Positions 1-16,802 of a stretch of 64,000 nt of DNA are shown piece after piece (the stretch's first letter is position 1; every line of letters starts with the position of its first letter). The notes under the pieces were generated by a model. That model was not told the DNA's origin and ran no database searches. It worked only from the letters and a program-made list of their open reading frames with translations. A program made the position numbers and the translations under genes. This DNA is from Schmidtea polychroa (Eukaryota), in NCBI GenBank assembly GCA_044892525.1, contig CM097885.1, positions 25,360,001 to 25,424,000 on the forward strand. The letters are read 5' to 3'.

Positions 1-231
1 AATAGTTGAATGAAATAACTTGAAGAAAATAGTTGTAAAGACTGTAAACTGCACCACTTTTCCTCTGATTATTTTTATCATAATAATAATTATTATAAAT
101 ATCACGCTTAGTCATGCTGCTTAATAGGATAATTTCGACTTAAAATATCAATTATGATGGGCTTTTTTGAACGTAAAATAATCTTATTTCGCTTGGTGGT
201 GATTGACATTAGATGTGGAATCACTCTCTTT

Positions 232-610
<379 letters not shown>

Positions 611-1348
611 TAGTATTGAATCTAACGGTGAATGCGCATTGAAAATCACTGGCACACTTCATTATCGGTTTGACTTTTTGCTCTTTAAGTATATTAAAGT
701 GAAAATAAGTAAATATATTTGATAGTAGTTTAAATGTCATATCAAGTTAATTGGTCTTCAGATTATATCATTAAATGCGTCTAGAGGTTGGTGTACTACT
801 TGTACAGGTTTTCATAACATTTGATGCTAATCATAAAGGTTGATGTTCGTAATTGGTTTGGAATTTAATCGCTATTAGTTTTGTTTTACCTTTCTGAAGT
901 TGGAAATCATAGCAACCCTTCTCACTACAAAGGTAAAGTTGAGCGGTTCAACTGGATTAGAATAAAGAATCTCAGAAAGAAATGAGGTATTATTTTAGAA
1001 GTCATATTTGAAGGATTTTGTTTTAATGGATAAAAAAAATATTTTCGTAAAAATGTTTTTTGAAATATTTACAAACATTATTATTTTGCTTAATGATAAT
1101 CTTATGGACGAGTAATTTTTTTTGTATAAAAATAATAATAAAATAAAATTTAGAATAAGTATCAGTATATAATATTGGAAATGATATATATTATTTATAA
1201 CAGTGGTAAACCTTTGCTGCAAATTTTATTCATTATTATTATATTATACGTTTCGATCTAGTTCAAATCGTGGTTAAAACTTTAATTTTTCAACTGAAAA
1301 TATTTCTTCTTTTGCTTTTCTTGATTTCTGTGGAAAAATTAAATAATA

Positions 1349-3043
1349 CTCCCTCCGTCCGGTAATATGGTATACATTTCAACAAAAATCGTAGATTATC
1401 GTGAATATAAAAATAAATAGGCAACTGTCATGACATTGTCATAGTAAATATCCATGACAATATAACCTAAATTATTTGACTTAAGTAATATCATTCTTAG
1501 TTAAAAACTTACCGCTCAAACATCAGTGTTTCTTGAGGTAGATAAAATTAGTACCGCTGCAAGACGAATATGGAAAATGTAGAAGGAAATTTGTTAAATT
1601 TAGAAAGAAGAGATTCAAAATATAAACAGTTAACTAAAGAACAACGTCAAGGTATTTTTGAAAAATTATTACAGCAGATGAAGGAGAATAAGTTAAAACA
1701 CGGTGCAATCAACGAAGTTGCTACTGCGTTTCAAGTTTCCCGGCTAACCGTTAGCAGAATTTGGCATGCAGCACAAACTCAATACAGAAAAGGTGAGATA
1801 TGTGCCGGAAAAGAAAACCTAAAAAGACTATTCGAACAATTTAGCGCAAATAAAGAATACACCATTAAATCGTCGAGGAACGCTTCGCAGTCTTTCCTTT
1901 GCAATTGGTATTCCAAAATCAACTTTGTTTGATATATTCAAATCGGGAAAGTATATCAAGAGAATATCTTCTACAGTTAAACCAACTTTAACAGATAAAA
2001 ATAAAATATACAGATTGGAATTTTGCTTGTCTAAAGTAAATCTTGCTAATAATGGAGATTTGCTTTTTGATGATTTGTACGACTACGTTCACATTGATGA
2101 AAAGTGGTTTTATCTAACTAAAGTTAAGCGCTCTTATTACTTAATGTTAAACGAAGAAGAACCGGAGAGAAACTGCAAAAGTAAGCGATTTATTACGAAA
2201 GTAATGTTCATGGCTGCAATAGCTCGACCACGCTATGATGCACATCGAAAGCATTATTTTGATGGGGAAATTGGAATATGGCCATTTGTTTATCAAGAAC
2301 CAGCTCAAAGAAATTCTAAGAACAGGGCTAAAGGGACAATGATAACAAAAAATGTGGAATCTGTTACAGGAGTACATTGCAAAAACATGATCATTGATAA
2401 TGTAATTCCCGCAATTAAATCTAAATTTCCGCCAGCTTACAAAAAGAAAACAATTTACGTACAACAAGACAAAGCGAAACCACATTTTTCTGATAATGAT
2501 GCAGATATTGTCGCTCTTGGTTCTGCTGATGACTGGAAAATTAAATTTAAGGCGCAACCGGCAAATAGCCCCGATTTAAATGTTCTCAATTTAGGTTTTT
2601 TCAACTCCATACAATCGCTGCAACATGAAGCTTCGCCACACACAATTGACGAATTAATAAATTGTGTTCAAGATGCATTTCATCAATTAGAAGCGAATAC
2701 TCTCGATAACGTTTTTACAACATTGCAAGCATGTATGGAGTCAATTATGTTAGCAGATGGAGGAAATGGCTATAAAATACCTCATTTAAGTAAAGGAAAA
2801 CTTCGTCGCGAAGGTCGACTGCTAGAAAAATATGTATGTTCTAAAGAAGCATACAATAAAGTCAAATCAAATTTCGAGTGAACTTATTAATATTAATATT
2901 TATTTTTTTAAATTTTATTTAATATTTACATTAATATTTATTAAAATGTTTCAAATAAAGGTAATATAATAAACTTGTCATGTACATTTTTTGATTTATT
3001 TTATTTTTTCGCAAATGTATACCATATTTCCGGACGGAGGGAG
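1349..3043 (+). mobile_element. Tc1/mariner DD39D-type (plant-mariner/Stowaway-ended) DNA transposon
   Basis: 31-bp TIRs CTCCCTCCGTCCGGTAATATGGTATACATTT (1349-1379) and its inverse (3013-3043, 1 mismatch); TA on both sides (1347-48, 3044-45); internal transposase. Confidence 0.95.
1570..2881 (+). pseudogene. DD39D mariner-like transposase, frameshifted
   Basis: HTH-like N-terminal ORF 1570-1932 overlaps ORF 1925-2881. Motifs HIDEKWF, QQDKAKPH and QPANSPDLNVLNLGFF. 39 residues separate the second D from the third catalytic position, which reads N (AAT) instead of D. Confidence 0.9.
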
Positions 3044-3118
3044 TATTAAATAAATAAATGATAAAAAACCTCTTTAATACATAATTTGCAGGCGTATCTT
3101 AAAATTTAATTGTTTAAC

Positions 3119-3178
<60 letters not shown>

Positions 3179-5624
3179 TTATAATAATAATAAATATAAT
3201 AATAATAAATTATAAGTGTTATTATCATTATAAATTTTTTACATTTTCCATTTGAAAACATTATTGCTAAATTTAGTTACAATGACAATGAATATTAAAC
3301 AAAAATACTTGCAGAAATTGTATATGAATATTGCAGCATTTGATAGAGAAAAGTCAATTTTCAGATAATATTGTAATAAAAATGTCATGTCAATACATAT
3401 GAAAAATTTTTAGGCAAAATTTTAAATCAAGTGAACGATTTTTAATATTTATTATAATGTAACAGAAAAATCGGTTTACGGATAATATTGAAATAAAAAT
3501 ATATTAAAAGTGAAAATTTAAAATTTATTAAAAGTTCCATGAATAAACAGAACGTATCTAATCAGACAAAATAAAACAGCGAAAAACACCATGACAAGTT
3601 AAAACATTTATTTTTGTCATATTTATTTATTAATTAAATATAAAAATTGTATGTGTAAATATATAATATATTAGTTCACTGCATGTTGGTAAATCGGCAT
3701 TAAAACTTCGATTTTGCTGCTTCATTTTTATATTCCCGTACAATTATTGCCACTTGATTGATAAGAGCCTCGTGCCTTATTTTTGACTTCAGAGCATCTT
3801 ATATGTGCATTGGCTAATAATAATGAAATGTTAATTTATGTCTGGATAGATTTTTCGAAAGAGAGGATTTCTTTGGTACATGTTCCAAGCATCTCATAAT
3901 CTTCCTCAAAGTTGCACTACCTTTCTTTATGTATTGTTTCATCCTAACCTTTAAAAGTTCAGCCTATGGTCTTTAAGAATTAAAATCATGGCAGTGTTAT
4001 GAACGCTCTCCAATGACATTTTGAGCACGCGTCCTCTGCATCTTTAGCTAATCACTTCATTCATTTTTTCCCTCATATATATTATTATTCTTCGTGCAGT
4101 AGAATTTGATTTCTTTTCAGTGTCAATGAAAATTTCATGATAATAATAATAATAAGGGATAATTTAAAAAATTGATTTTATAATTATTTTTATATGCAAT
4201 CTATATATTTTATAAATTTTTTATATTTTATAAATAAATTTTTTTTATAAATATTTTATAAATTAATTAATAATTAAATCCTACAAAAATAAATGTTTTA
4301 ATTTTAATTTGCTGTTCTGTTTTGTCACAGTTTTGATTCAACAGTTTTTGTTATAAAATGTTCTGCTCTGTCTGGTAATTAGCTATTATACCGTTCTTTA
4401 CCGGGGCGTGATATGCATGGGTGATAATATTTAGGGGAGCCAAATTCAACATACGATCAAGATAAAAAATATTAAGGTTCAAAAAATGGTTGCGATTCAT
4501 TATTAGTTCTTTGTACAACATTATTTTAACAAGTTTAAACTTTAATTTTTAGTTTTATGTTTATTAGTTAGAGGGATGAGAATAGTCTAAAAAATGAATC
4601 ATTATTATTTAAAATATATTTAACTTTTTAGGGGGTTTGCAAATTGAACAAATTATTTATATAAAATATATATATATAAAATATTAGTCTAGCCATTTTA
4701 AACTCTCTCATATTCTACTGATTATTATTTTTTCTTAGAAAAATTCATTAATAAATCCTATAGTGGACAAAACTGACGTGCAATTATTGATAAATGCTTG
4801 GTAGATCTTGGAAAATTATATTGTTAATTTGTTGGCTTCATTTAACCTCAATGCTTCCCATGATGATTCATGATCCCTAGGGATTAGACTTGTAACCATC
4901 GCTTATCATTGGATGTGAGAATTATGATGAATAATTTGCATAATCAATAATATCAATAAGTCTATGAAAATCAAGAATATTCCAAACAATAGAATGCACA
5001 CGCACATTTATATATATACACACACATATATATATATATATATATGTATATGCATAGGCGCGCAAATACGCACACGAGCACACGGGCACACACACATGCA
5101 CAATGCCAGCACACGGACAGGCGGATAATCAATGAATTAGCAATATCCGCATCAGTCCCACATTAATTAAAATATCAATACAGGGAAATCAAACGAGAAT
5201 CTTCTGAAATGAGAAATTTTCTCTGACTCGATGGAATGCGCAATGATTTATTGAAATCCCTATCAATATTTATTGTCCTTTCATCAGTTATTATTGTAAA
5301 TGTTGAGCGATTAAATCTGAAATAATAATTTAATTCTATAAAATAATAATATTGACACAATTAATGACAAACAAGAGAGATTACTTTTGATTCATTTTTT
5401 GTTTTCAGAGGAATTCTCGATTAAATTTGATAAAAATCGAAAATTTTCAAAATCAGCTGGCGCCATTTAGCGCATTATTTAAAAATATTTTGTCTAGAAG
5501 CTTTCTGAAAATATCAATTATATTTATTTTTAAAATATAATTTATTGCATCAATATTTTTGATTTATTACTCATAAAACGATTATTCATTCAAATTTTAT
5601 GGGAAAGTTTTGATCAATTAATTA

Positions 5625-5716
<92 letters not shown>

Positions 5717-7223
5717 AATTAAAGATATGCAATTAATTGGAAATTTTAAATTTTAAGATTGTATTTTAATTCATGTCAAGTATGCAAGGTATTTATTCAA
5801 TAAATCTAAAACTCTGATTTGATTGTGTTCGGATCTTGTTTATTAATTTACATGTAATGGGCGCAATACAACATACAAACATTATCAAATTAAGGGATTT
5901 ATCAATATCATTATATATGAGAAAAATAGGCTTATCTGATTTTATAATGTTATTAAAAATTATTGGGAACTTGTAATTTATGAAATTTTGTTGAAAAAAT
6001 CATTGGATCCAAAAATGTTTGTGCAAAATACTTGCTATGGGTATGTGAATTGTTGTTGTTTTAAATGTATTAAATTATTAGGTAAAATAATTTTTAAATT
6101 GCATTTTTTAAAAGGTTTATAGATTGTTAAAATTAATACTTATAATTAAAATGTTTAAAAATATTTATTATAAATTGGAAATTAAGTTGTTATTTTAATT
6201 AAAAGTTTATAAATATATTTTCTTAAGAACTCTTTCATAAAATCTATAATATCTATAGTTTGTTCTATCCTAACTGACGATGACAGGAAAACTGTTATAA
6301 TATATTTATAAACAAATGTTCGAATGGCACTTTCTTATAATAAAAGTCATTGTCATGTTTATTAAATTAGTTTAACAATAAAAATAAATAATTATAATTA
6401 ATTCTTTAAGTGAATTTATTAAAACAAAAACTAAATTTTATTTTGTTTCATTTAAAGAGAATATCAATTAAATGTACTGGCGAAACCGAAATTCAATTTA
6501 TGGAGATTTAGCACGAACATTTATTCATAAAACTCTCAAAATTATTTCATAATAATTTGAATTGTCAATAAAATTAGAGGTGATTTTCTTTCGTAATTTA
6601 ATTATTGATTTTTTTTAATTACTTAATTAATTTTTATTTGTTTTTCTTTTAATAGCAATATTGAAATATTTATGGTAAATATTGTATATTTTCTGACAAA
6701 TTTCATTTGGAAAAAAAGGATTTTCTCAAAACTCCAAATGTGTAATTGAAATTCAAATTTGAGGGTGGATCAGAATTTATTAAGATCAAGTGGAAAGTTT
6801 TAATTAGGTCAATTGCTACAATATAGTCCTAAAAATATACTTTTTCCGTTTGGCAATGTTTCACTACTTACTCAGCGAATCTCTATAATTAAAATATTTC
6901 CAGTAAGAAATATAAATAATTTTATCAAGTAAATATTTTTCTAATTCATCAAGACAATTAACAAAAATTTGTTTGACTAAACAAACATAATAATAAATCA
7001 CAAAATAAAAACATCTTTTAAATAATATAATCATTATAACAAAATAATTCAAGTTCAAGCTTCATAATTAATTTTTCTTTTCCCCAATAATCAAAGTACC
7101 GAAAAACGCTTATTCTTCAACTTATGGAGAACTGGGAGCTTGCATTATTGTAAAGTTTGAATGCAAATATATTTCTTAAGGAAGTCCAGTATAATAAACT
7201 TGATGATGATGATGATGATGATG

Positions 7224-7292
<69 letters not shown>

Positions 7293-7369
7293 TTAATATT
7301 ATTATTATTATTATTATAAAAACTTTTTTCAATTTGGGTAACAGCATTAATTAAATTTAAAACAATTAA

Positions 7370-8285
7370 ATGATAATTTAAGCCTTTTGCTGCGAATAAT
7401 ATATTTAATGCAAATGAAAATATTTTCGACCCTTTTCAATTTCATGGAGTTTAGCTTCATCTATTTTCTAAAATGCTCTTTGATCTTCTCTTTTATTTCC
7501 TTTTCTTCCTTCTCATTGGTCAAAAATAATAATAAACTTTTTTATTGAAGAATTTAAAATTCTAAAAATTTTTTTAATTAAATATACTTTAAAATTCAAA
7601 ACGATTCACTAAGAAAAACTTTTAAATTTTCAAAGCTTCTATTGTTGTAGACCATAAAAATGTCAGATAATAAAAATATTTATTAATTTAATAATATATA
7701 AATAATCATTAAGTTAAAAATATACCATAATACCAATTTGGAATTATAGATTTGGCTTTCAGAAATTAATTTATATATTAATTCATTGAGTTCTGTACCT
7801 TCCATTTGTGAAAAAATGTTTACACCAAACTGCAACATTCACCGCTGGGTAATTTATATAACAAACGATACCCAAAAAATTAAAAAATTATTCATTATTT
7901 TCTAGGATGTATTGCGACTTAATTGTTCAGAAAAATAATTTATTTTTATTCGCTAAATGATATTACATTTGTTTTGTGTTGCATATACGCCGTTGAAGTC
8001 ATTACGAGTACGCCAATATAGCTACGGATTAAAGTACGAGTTGGGCACCTAGAAAATCAAATATATTGTATGAGTTAATGTATTAATGACATTAAATAAG
8101 TGCTAATATTTATATGTTTTTTGTATATTTTAATTGTTAAATTAATAAATATTTTTATTATCTGACATTTTTATTATCTGCAACATATCAAGGCTTCTAT
8201 AATTAGCTCATAGAAACCTATTTTAATAAATACTATCTTAAAATATTTATAAAATATAGTTTCCAATAACTATTTATATACTTAA
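7370..8285 (+). repeat. Dispersed repeat, copy 1 (paralog at about 49735-50730)
   Basis: Shared blocks AAGCCTTTTGC.GCGAATAATATATTT, TTTCATGGAGTTTA..CTAAAATGCTCTTTGATCTTCTCTTTTATTTCC and TTTTAATAAATACTATCTTAAAATATTTATAAAATA. Confidence 0.8.
7643..8185. mobile_element. Non-autonomous TIR element (MITE) with TGT..ACA ends
   Basis: ~48-bp TIR TGTTGTAGACCATAAAAATGTCAGATAATAAAAATATTTATTAATTTA, with an imperfect inverse ending at 8185. Flanked by TTTCAAAGCTTCTAT and TATCAAGGCTTCTAT. Absent from the paralogous site near 50640. Confidence 0.8.
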
Positions 8286-8322
8286 TTTAATTATTTCAAA
8301 AAATGTCAAAAAATTATTATTA

Positions 8323-8561
<239 letters not shown>

Positions 8562-9377
8562 AATATCAGATAAAATCAAATATTTGGTGTTATTTACAAG
8601 TGTAAATTTACATTTAATGCGTCAATTGTTTATGCGTTTAGTTTTCGTCATATTGTCTCATCTGCGAAACTAATAGATCCATCTCTGTAACTATTCCATT
8701 ATTTTGATGCTTTATGAAGCACACCGACAATATTCAAAGCATAATCTAATTGATTTTAGTATGCATAGCACAATTATATATCTTACTGACGAATGTATTA
8801 TATATTATTATTATAACTAATATTAATATTGCTATCATAACCGTAATTGTCAACCAGTATCTTAAACACGTCCTTCAATATCAAACATTCAATCTCCATT
8901 AATAATGAATTTATGATGCCATTCTGTTAGTAGACATTTGCACCAATCTCTTCTATTCTTTCGTTATTTTCAATGGATTTTGGAAATTTTATTCTTTAAT
9001 AATGTTTTTGGGTTTTGATGATTCTAATTTCGTCGGATATTACTGTTGATCTCGTTAGTTTGATTTAATGTTTAAATTAAAATTTTTTTAACTTATTGTT
9101 CCAAGATAGATTCCATGTTTTTCCATTTTTTACCTTTCAGAATAATATGAGATAAAAAATACAGAATGACTTATCAACAAAAATATGTTTATTGTTTATT
9201 AACTAACGCATATTTTAATCAAGAAAAAACTTTTTTAATAAAATTTTATATATTTGGTTTTTGAAACTCCGAAATTTGTTCCGTAATTATGGATTTCTTT
9301 GAAACAAAAATTGAAAATCTAATAATAGTAATAATATTAGTAATAATAATAATAATTATAATAATAATTATAATAAT

Positions 9378-9490
<113 letters not shown>

Positions 9491-10578
9491 TAAGAAGAAG
9501 AATATTCAAATAAAACTATTGCAAAATGTTGTGGCGTTAATTCAAGTTTAATAAAGTAAAATAAAGTATTTTATCTCTATTTCATGATGCTGCTGGAACC
9601 TTCCTTAAAAAGACATTGATAAATATGCCCATTATTGAAATGAGCTGTATAACTTTCTTTTTGTATTAATAATATAAAAATGAAAACTAGAATTCGAAAA
9701 TTTATATTTATTTTTTCAAAAACCAAAGTCTCCAGGAGGAATTTCTTTTACCGAGTAATGCATGAATTAGAAATTGAGCAAAAACAAAATGTTATTCAAT
9801 AATTTTATTAATTTGTTTAATCTCCTAAGTTTTGAGAACATATGCATACCTAAAAAAATAATTTCATTGCGTTTAGAACGGAAAACTTCAATAAAATATT
9901 CCTGTGATTTGATTGGTCAATTAAAATGTAAATTACAAATATTTTCACTTCAAATTAATATTTGAAACGCATCGGAAATTATTACTGATATTTTTGATAA
10001 AATCAGAAAATAAAATATACAAATAAGGATTTTTAATCTATTTTATATTTTTTAAATAAATTTTGTTGTTAAAAATCCCTGTTTCTGTAATATAAAATTT
10101 GCATTCTCCATCATAAATTTGGAATTGTTTCTTATTATTTATCTCCTTTTTAGTTTAAATTCTTTAAACCGTGCTAAAATTAGGAGAAATTCAGAATTGA
10201 TTTTTATCAATTGAAAACAACTTTTAAAACCGAAATGAAAGTCCTTGCTTCTATTAATAATTTGGTTGATTCATACCGGAAATTACGGCATGGGAGCGAT
10301 TACTTGAAAGAATATTTCCAACTATTGTGAGCACAAGAATTATTTGACAAGATTTTTTACAGGAAAATAGACAGACATTTATGTCAAAATAGAATTTGTT
10401 GCTTTGATAATTTTATTCACAACGCTTTTGAATACATTGATATGCCTTGGACAATGGATTTTCTGAATACTAAGTTGAGTCGGAATCTTTAAAATACATT
10501 TGCAATTTTAGAAAAATTAAAATAAGATATTATGATGACTAATTTTATAGCATAATTTCTAGTAAATTGCTCTTATTT

Positions 10579-10774
<196 letters not shown>

Positions 10775-11715
10775 AATCAATATATTTCTCAAAAATTTAG
10801 CATTTTACGGAAATTGTTTATGAAATTGTTTAATTTTCTAAATTTTAATATTTGCCACCTAAATTATAATGGCCGAAAGTTGGTTTCAAAGAGCCAATCT
10901 GGGAGAATTCTCGTGGGAGTAATATCCATAAATATCATATTCTGCTTCGAGACGATTTTACTTTTTTGTTGATTAAGATTTTTTGTTTTTGTTTTTCTAC
11001 GAAATAAAATTTACAACTTACCCCACCTCCTTTTATCAATCTTGTAAAATAGTTTATTTACTTAATTTATAATATTTTCTTGTAAGTGACAGCTCTGTTA
11101 GAGTGATATTATATTTTTATATTTTAAAAATGGTGTCAATAATATACACCTGAAATGAGTAATGGCTTAATGTTTTTTTGTTACAAAACAGATTTCTAAA
11201 AGCCGTCTTGTCAATGAATCAACTTTTGTTTTTTGAATTTCTTTTGTTAGCCATTGATAGCAGCGGTCGTCTGGATTTGTTTTTGATGATTTATAACAGC
11301 CAAGTCGGAGTTCATTAAAACAAATTGCTATTAACAAAAAGCGTCTTTATCATAGGTCTGTTATTGTATTTATTTCCATTATTATTATCTTTATTATTAT
11401 TATTTGTTTCTTATTATATTTAGATTTTATGTATCTATTTAAACTAAGTCAATTAAAAAGTTTTATTTCAAAATAATAATAATTATAATTCAAAATTTTC
11501 TGAGTTTTTAATTTAGTGTTATTAAAACAAACATTCCATATTTTGAAACGTTTTATAAATTAATCAATAATTTGAAAAATCAAACAAATTTTAAAAAACA
11601 TTAATAATTCGATGATGCAATAATTCCTCAGTTATCATTTTTTAAATTATTTCTAAATTTAAAAATAATTCTGCACATATTTTCTTCGTTGATTTTCTCT
11701 TCTTAATTTAAATAA

Positions 11716-11870
<155 letters not shown>

Positions 11871-12205
11871 TGAATAACGTATAGTCCTTAAAAGACAATT
11901 ATTAAATCTCATTGACAAGTGCAGCAATTTATTAAACTGACGGGCAATTAAATGACAATGATAAAATGGCGTCATTATTTGAAGATATTTTACGATTATG
12001 AAGATTAATAAATTTATATAATAATGGCTAAATTTATGGGCTAAATTATTTGGGCTGTTTATGCGTTTGTTGATAAATCATATAATTCGGCAACTGATTA
12101 TATATCCATATGTTCTCTGCAAATAATTTCCTGATGAAATTGTAGTTTTTCTATTTTAATTTTTGCAATTCCAAAGCTTAAAAATGATTTCGGCATATAA
12201 TAATA

Positions 12206-12366
<161 letters not shown>

Positions 12367-13837
12367 TGTTATTAGTATTAAAAACAATGTAATTTATTTC
12401 TGTAGTTTTTATTAAAGTATTTCGACCTAAATTAGGTCATATTCCCTCCAACACGAAATTTAATAAATCTTTCTCTCTTCCGTTCTAATTGAATCCTTCT
12501 TTATTATTTATTTGTTTAATTTTATTTTGAAATTTATTCGCTTAAATGCCCAACTTTTAGAATTATAAAGTTTGATAAATCTCAAAGAAATCATGAGCCA
12601 ACAGCTGGGAAACGAATTATCAAAATTTAATTTCTGGTACTATAAAATCTTTGATTATTTGGTCATCTTTGATCTGTTTTCTTTTTATAATGTTTTATTT
12701 ATTTTTATTACGATAAAAGGTCACAAATTAATTATAAGTTTTATCATTAAAATTCTTTGATAATTCAAAAAAATGAGGCTGTTTAATTTTACCTAAAAAT
12801 GTAATTATTTAAAAGTTATTAATTATTTAAAGAACTTAATTAATTCAGCTTCCCTTAATTATAACATAATTGTATATTAAAAAATTATTAGATATATTTT
12901 TATATCGTAAAATTCATCTTTACAATATCAGATGCAAAAAATATGATATTTAAATTTAAAATTTTGTTTTATCAAATAAAGTTAAATATATTTTTGGATT
13001 TTTGTTAAACTTATATTTGTTTTCATATTTTATTTCAATTTTTTGAAACATATTTTGTATTTTCATTTTTGATATTACTTTTGATCAGCTTTAAAGTATT
13101 TTTATTTTAATTTTTTATAGTAACTCCTTAACAAAATTTCTCATTTCAGTTTTGTTTAAAAGGATTGTTGGCAGAAAAGGTCAAATACAATTTTGTCCAA
13201 GAAATTCGAGTTAAAGTCTATTCAAATATTTCCCCTTCATTATACCACTGAACATCCATTCTCATCATAAATATCATTATTAAAGCTCCCAAATTAACTT
13301 TTAATTATATTTTCTTTTCTCTTACTTTTTATTCTTTTTACATTTTATTTATGAACAAATATATAAAAAAAAAATTATTTATAAGCTTCATTAAATCAAC
13401 CATCAATCCATTAGTGTCATAAACGATTTCCACCGAGAATGTTAAAGGAATTTCTTAATGAAGAAAAAGATATTGAGTGGACGAAATTAAAACAAAAGTA
13501 AAAATAGAAAAATAATCAGTTAACTGAGTTTTATCAAAAATATAAAAAATAAATATAAAAACGAAATGAAATGAAATCATTGAAATAGAAACTCAAACAA
13601 TCATAAAAAGACAAAAACAAATCCGGAAGCAAAAAATCTTTCTCAACTTGTTTCACTGTGGAACAAAGCCATTTAAATCTCGCTTTTGTTTTAGTTATCG
13701 ATTTAAAACAATTTTTATAACACTTTTACAATGGGAAATGCCATTTGAAAAATAGATATTTTGGGAAGAAAATTTAAATAATTTTGTAGCATGCTAACTG
13801 TAAAAAATCCACCATAAATATTGAGTCATTTAGTTTG

Positions 13838-14039
<202 letters not shown>

Positions 14040-14641
14040 TTGTGAGAGTATTCTAATTTAGGCACATTCAAATAATTTTTTATTTACTGAAGAATTCTTT
14101 TGTATGTACGTGTGATAATCTTAACCATTATCTTCATTAATCGGATTCAAATACTTCATAAAAGTCTTCAAAAAATAGTTTAAAACATTTCGGCCTTTCC
14201 TTTTGAAGTAAATCGTTTTATTTAAACATCCAAATATCGTACAGATAAAACCTCTGATCAAGATATTGTTGCAATTTCTTCTACATTAAATGTTTTTTTA
14301 GTGATAAATTAAAATTACCTTATCAAAAATTAATAGTTACTTTTGTAAATATATACTTTTTCGATTCGACCTTAAAATCGAATCATTTCCCGGCCGATTT
14401 AATGACAACAATATTGTATCTGTCGACATGAATTCACCAAAATTACATTACAGATTCCTCCTATGTAGAAGGAAACTGCAGAAATATCTTCACGGGCAAA
14501 ATAAATTATACATGATGTTATGTCAGCATTTGTTCAAGGATATCGTTCGTGGCGCAAATATTCCAAGGGACTGCAATATCTGACAGCGTGCTAATCATGG
14601 ATACATGTAGTTGGAGGATCATCTTCCTACTTTTCAATAGT

Positions 14642-14709
<68 letters not shown>

Positions 14710-15075
14710 TCTTAATTATTATTATTATCTATCACTAATCAACTAAATCCCCATTTTCCATTTAATGAATTAAAAAATAAATTTTGAATTTTTATAATTT
14801 ATTTTTTTATATTTTTTAATAATTTCTTATTTTGTCTGATTTCCAATTCAATTTCCGGTAGAATATTTTAAAGTAAAATTAACTTAATTAAATTCAATTT
14901 TTATTTATTTTCTAACGAATCAAATACAAAAATCAGCGAATTGAAAAGTGTATTTAAGTACTATGATAATTTAAACAAAAGAAATGTTCGAAGATTTTTC
15001 AATTCCAGTTGTAAAAATTCTGATACTTCATAGAACAGAAGTAATTTGCGAATTGGAAACAACATTCTCAATAAA

Positions 15076-15178
<103 letters not shown>

Positions 15179-16802
15179 GTAATATTAAAACAAACAAACA
15201 ACAAATTGAAATCTTAATGCCATTAAATGCTGGGGAAATTTATTTGGTGAAATTGGCAAATTTTCCTAGTGCAAATCAATTTTTATCGTAATGAGATAAA
15301 TCTAATTACGTTTTGCTATTTATTGCAAATTTAATCCCCGTCAACTTTTATCCTATTTTCTGTTAATTCAATGAGAAAATTTACGGGTCATTTCCTAATT
15401 TACTGTTAAACGCGATTCGCTTTGACGAACAAAACAATAATTGCCGTTTGATTTTTTGTTTTCCAATTATTTTACTTTCTAATAAATTGCCACACAAATT
15501 CCAGCGATTTCTAATGTTGATAATTTGTGAAATATTTAATTATTTGTTTTAATTTACTGAGTTTTATTAGATTTTTATACTACTGTATTTTATTTGGTTT
15601 GGTAACATTTTAATGGGACTCTCATAGGAGTCTTTTTAATTTATAAATAATAAATTTTACCCAAAAGAATATCAATAGCGATATTTTCCATCAATTTTAT
15701 AATATCATATAACAATGAAAAATATTTCCAAAAAATAATAAATTTACAGGAGGTTCATAAAATATTAAATATAAATATATATAAACACACTAAAACGCCA
15801 AACAAATGGAATATATTTCAAAGAAATTATTCCCTTACTCAGTCTGCTATCATAATCTGTATCAAAAGAAATATGGAAACAATAATGACGTAATAGTTAT
15901 GATTTAATGAATTGATTAAATAATCTCGTTGCGGAGGATTGTGATTTATTCATCAATGCTTCATATAAAATTCTTTCTCATTTTTCATTAAAGATTCGAT
16001 ATGAATTTTTTACCAATTTTCTAATAACGATAAATTATTAAAAATTATTTTCTTAGATATTTTAATTTAATTTAATATTTAAAAATATACAGTTCAATCC
16101 CGTAATCGTTTGTAAGGAATTAAAAAAAAATTTTTTCTTAAATATACTTTAAAGTTTTTAAATAATGTTTAAATTTTTATTGAAAATTATATCAACACTT
16201 CTGATTATCCGAGAAAATATTTTAACTCTTTCACCGCATAAAATGTCAGGATAAACTAAATTCGACTCTGTAAGGAAATATTTGGGTGACATTTTGAAGG
16301 TATTTTTATTTTTTCCTGCTAATTTAGTCTCCATTTGGTTTATCGAAATAAGATTCCTTTTGATATCTTCATAATGTATTCACCTTTTTCAATAAATAAA
16401 ATTTGAGAGTTGAATAAAGGGCCTTCATAATCACTATCTGAAATAAATTTCCATATATCCTTTAGTTTGTTCCCAAGATTAAATAACTTGCCTATTAACT
16501 TTTATGTTACCATTTTTGTTAGATATGCCACTGGAACGTAAAAGTTCAAACCTAAACTCGAATTATCATCACTTTCGGCCCATTTCACAACTTTTTCAAA
16601 CGTTGTCTTTTTAACTAAAGCTTCTGGTTTTAGGTTAAAGGGGGCACGACATAGATAACACATGGACCATTGAGCATGGGCCCAAATTTAAATAGTAGAA
16701 AAGAAAAATATGAACAACTATTAAAATATTATTATTTAAGTAAATTTTATTATTTCAATCATAAGCTTACAAATTTGTTATCGCTGACGTTTTTTACAGA
16801 AT

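Noticed and set aside
3680..4140. Higher-complexity patches that might be exons or decayed transposases (also about 8600-9130, 14380-14640 and 53480-53880)
   Set aside because: No sustained frame or recognisable motif could be found by eye; translated searches would be needed.
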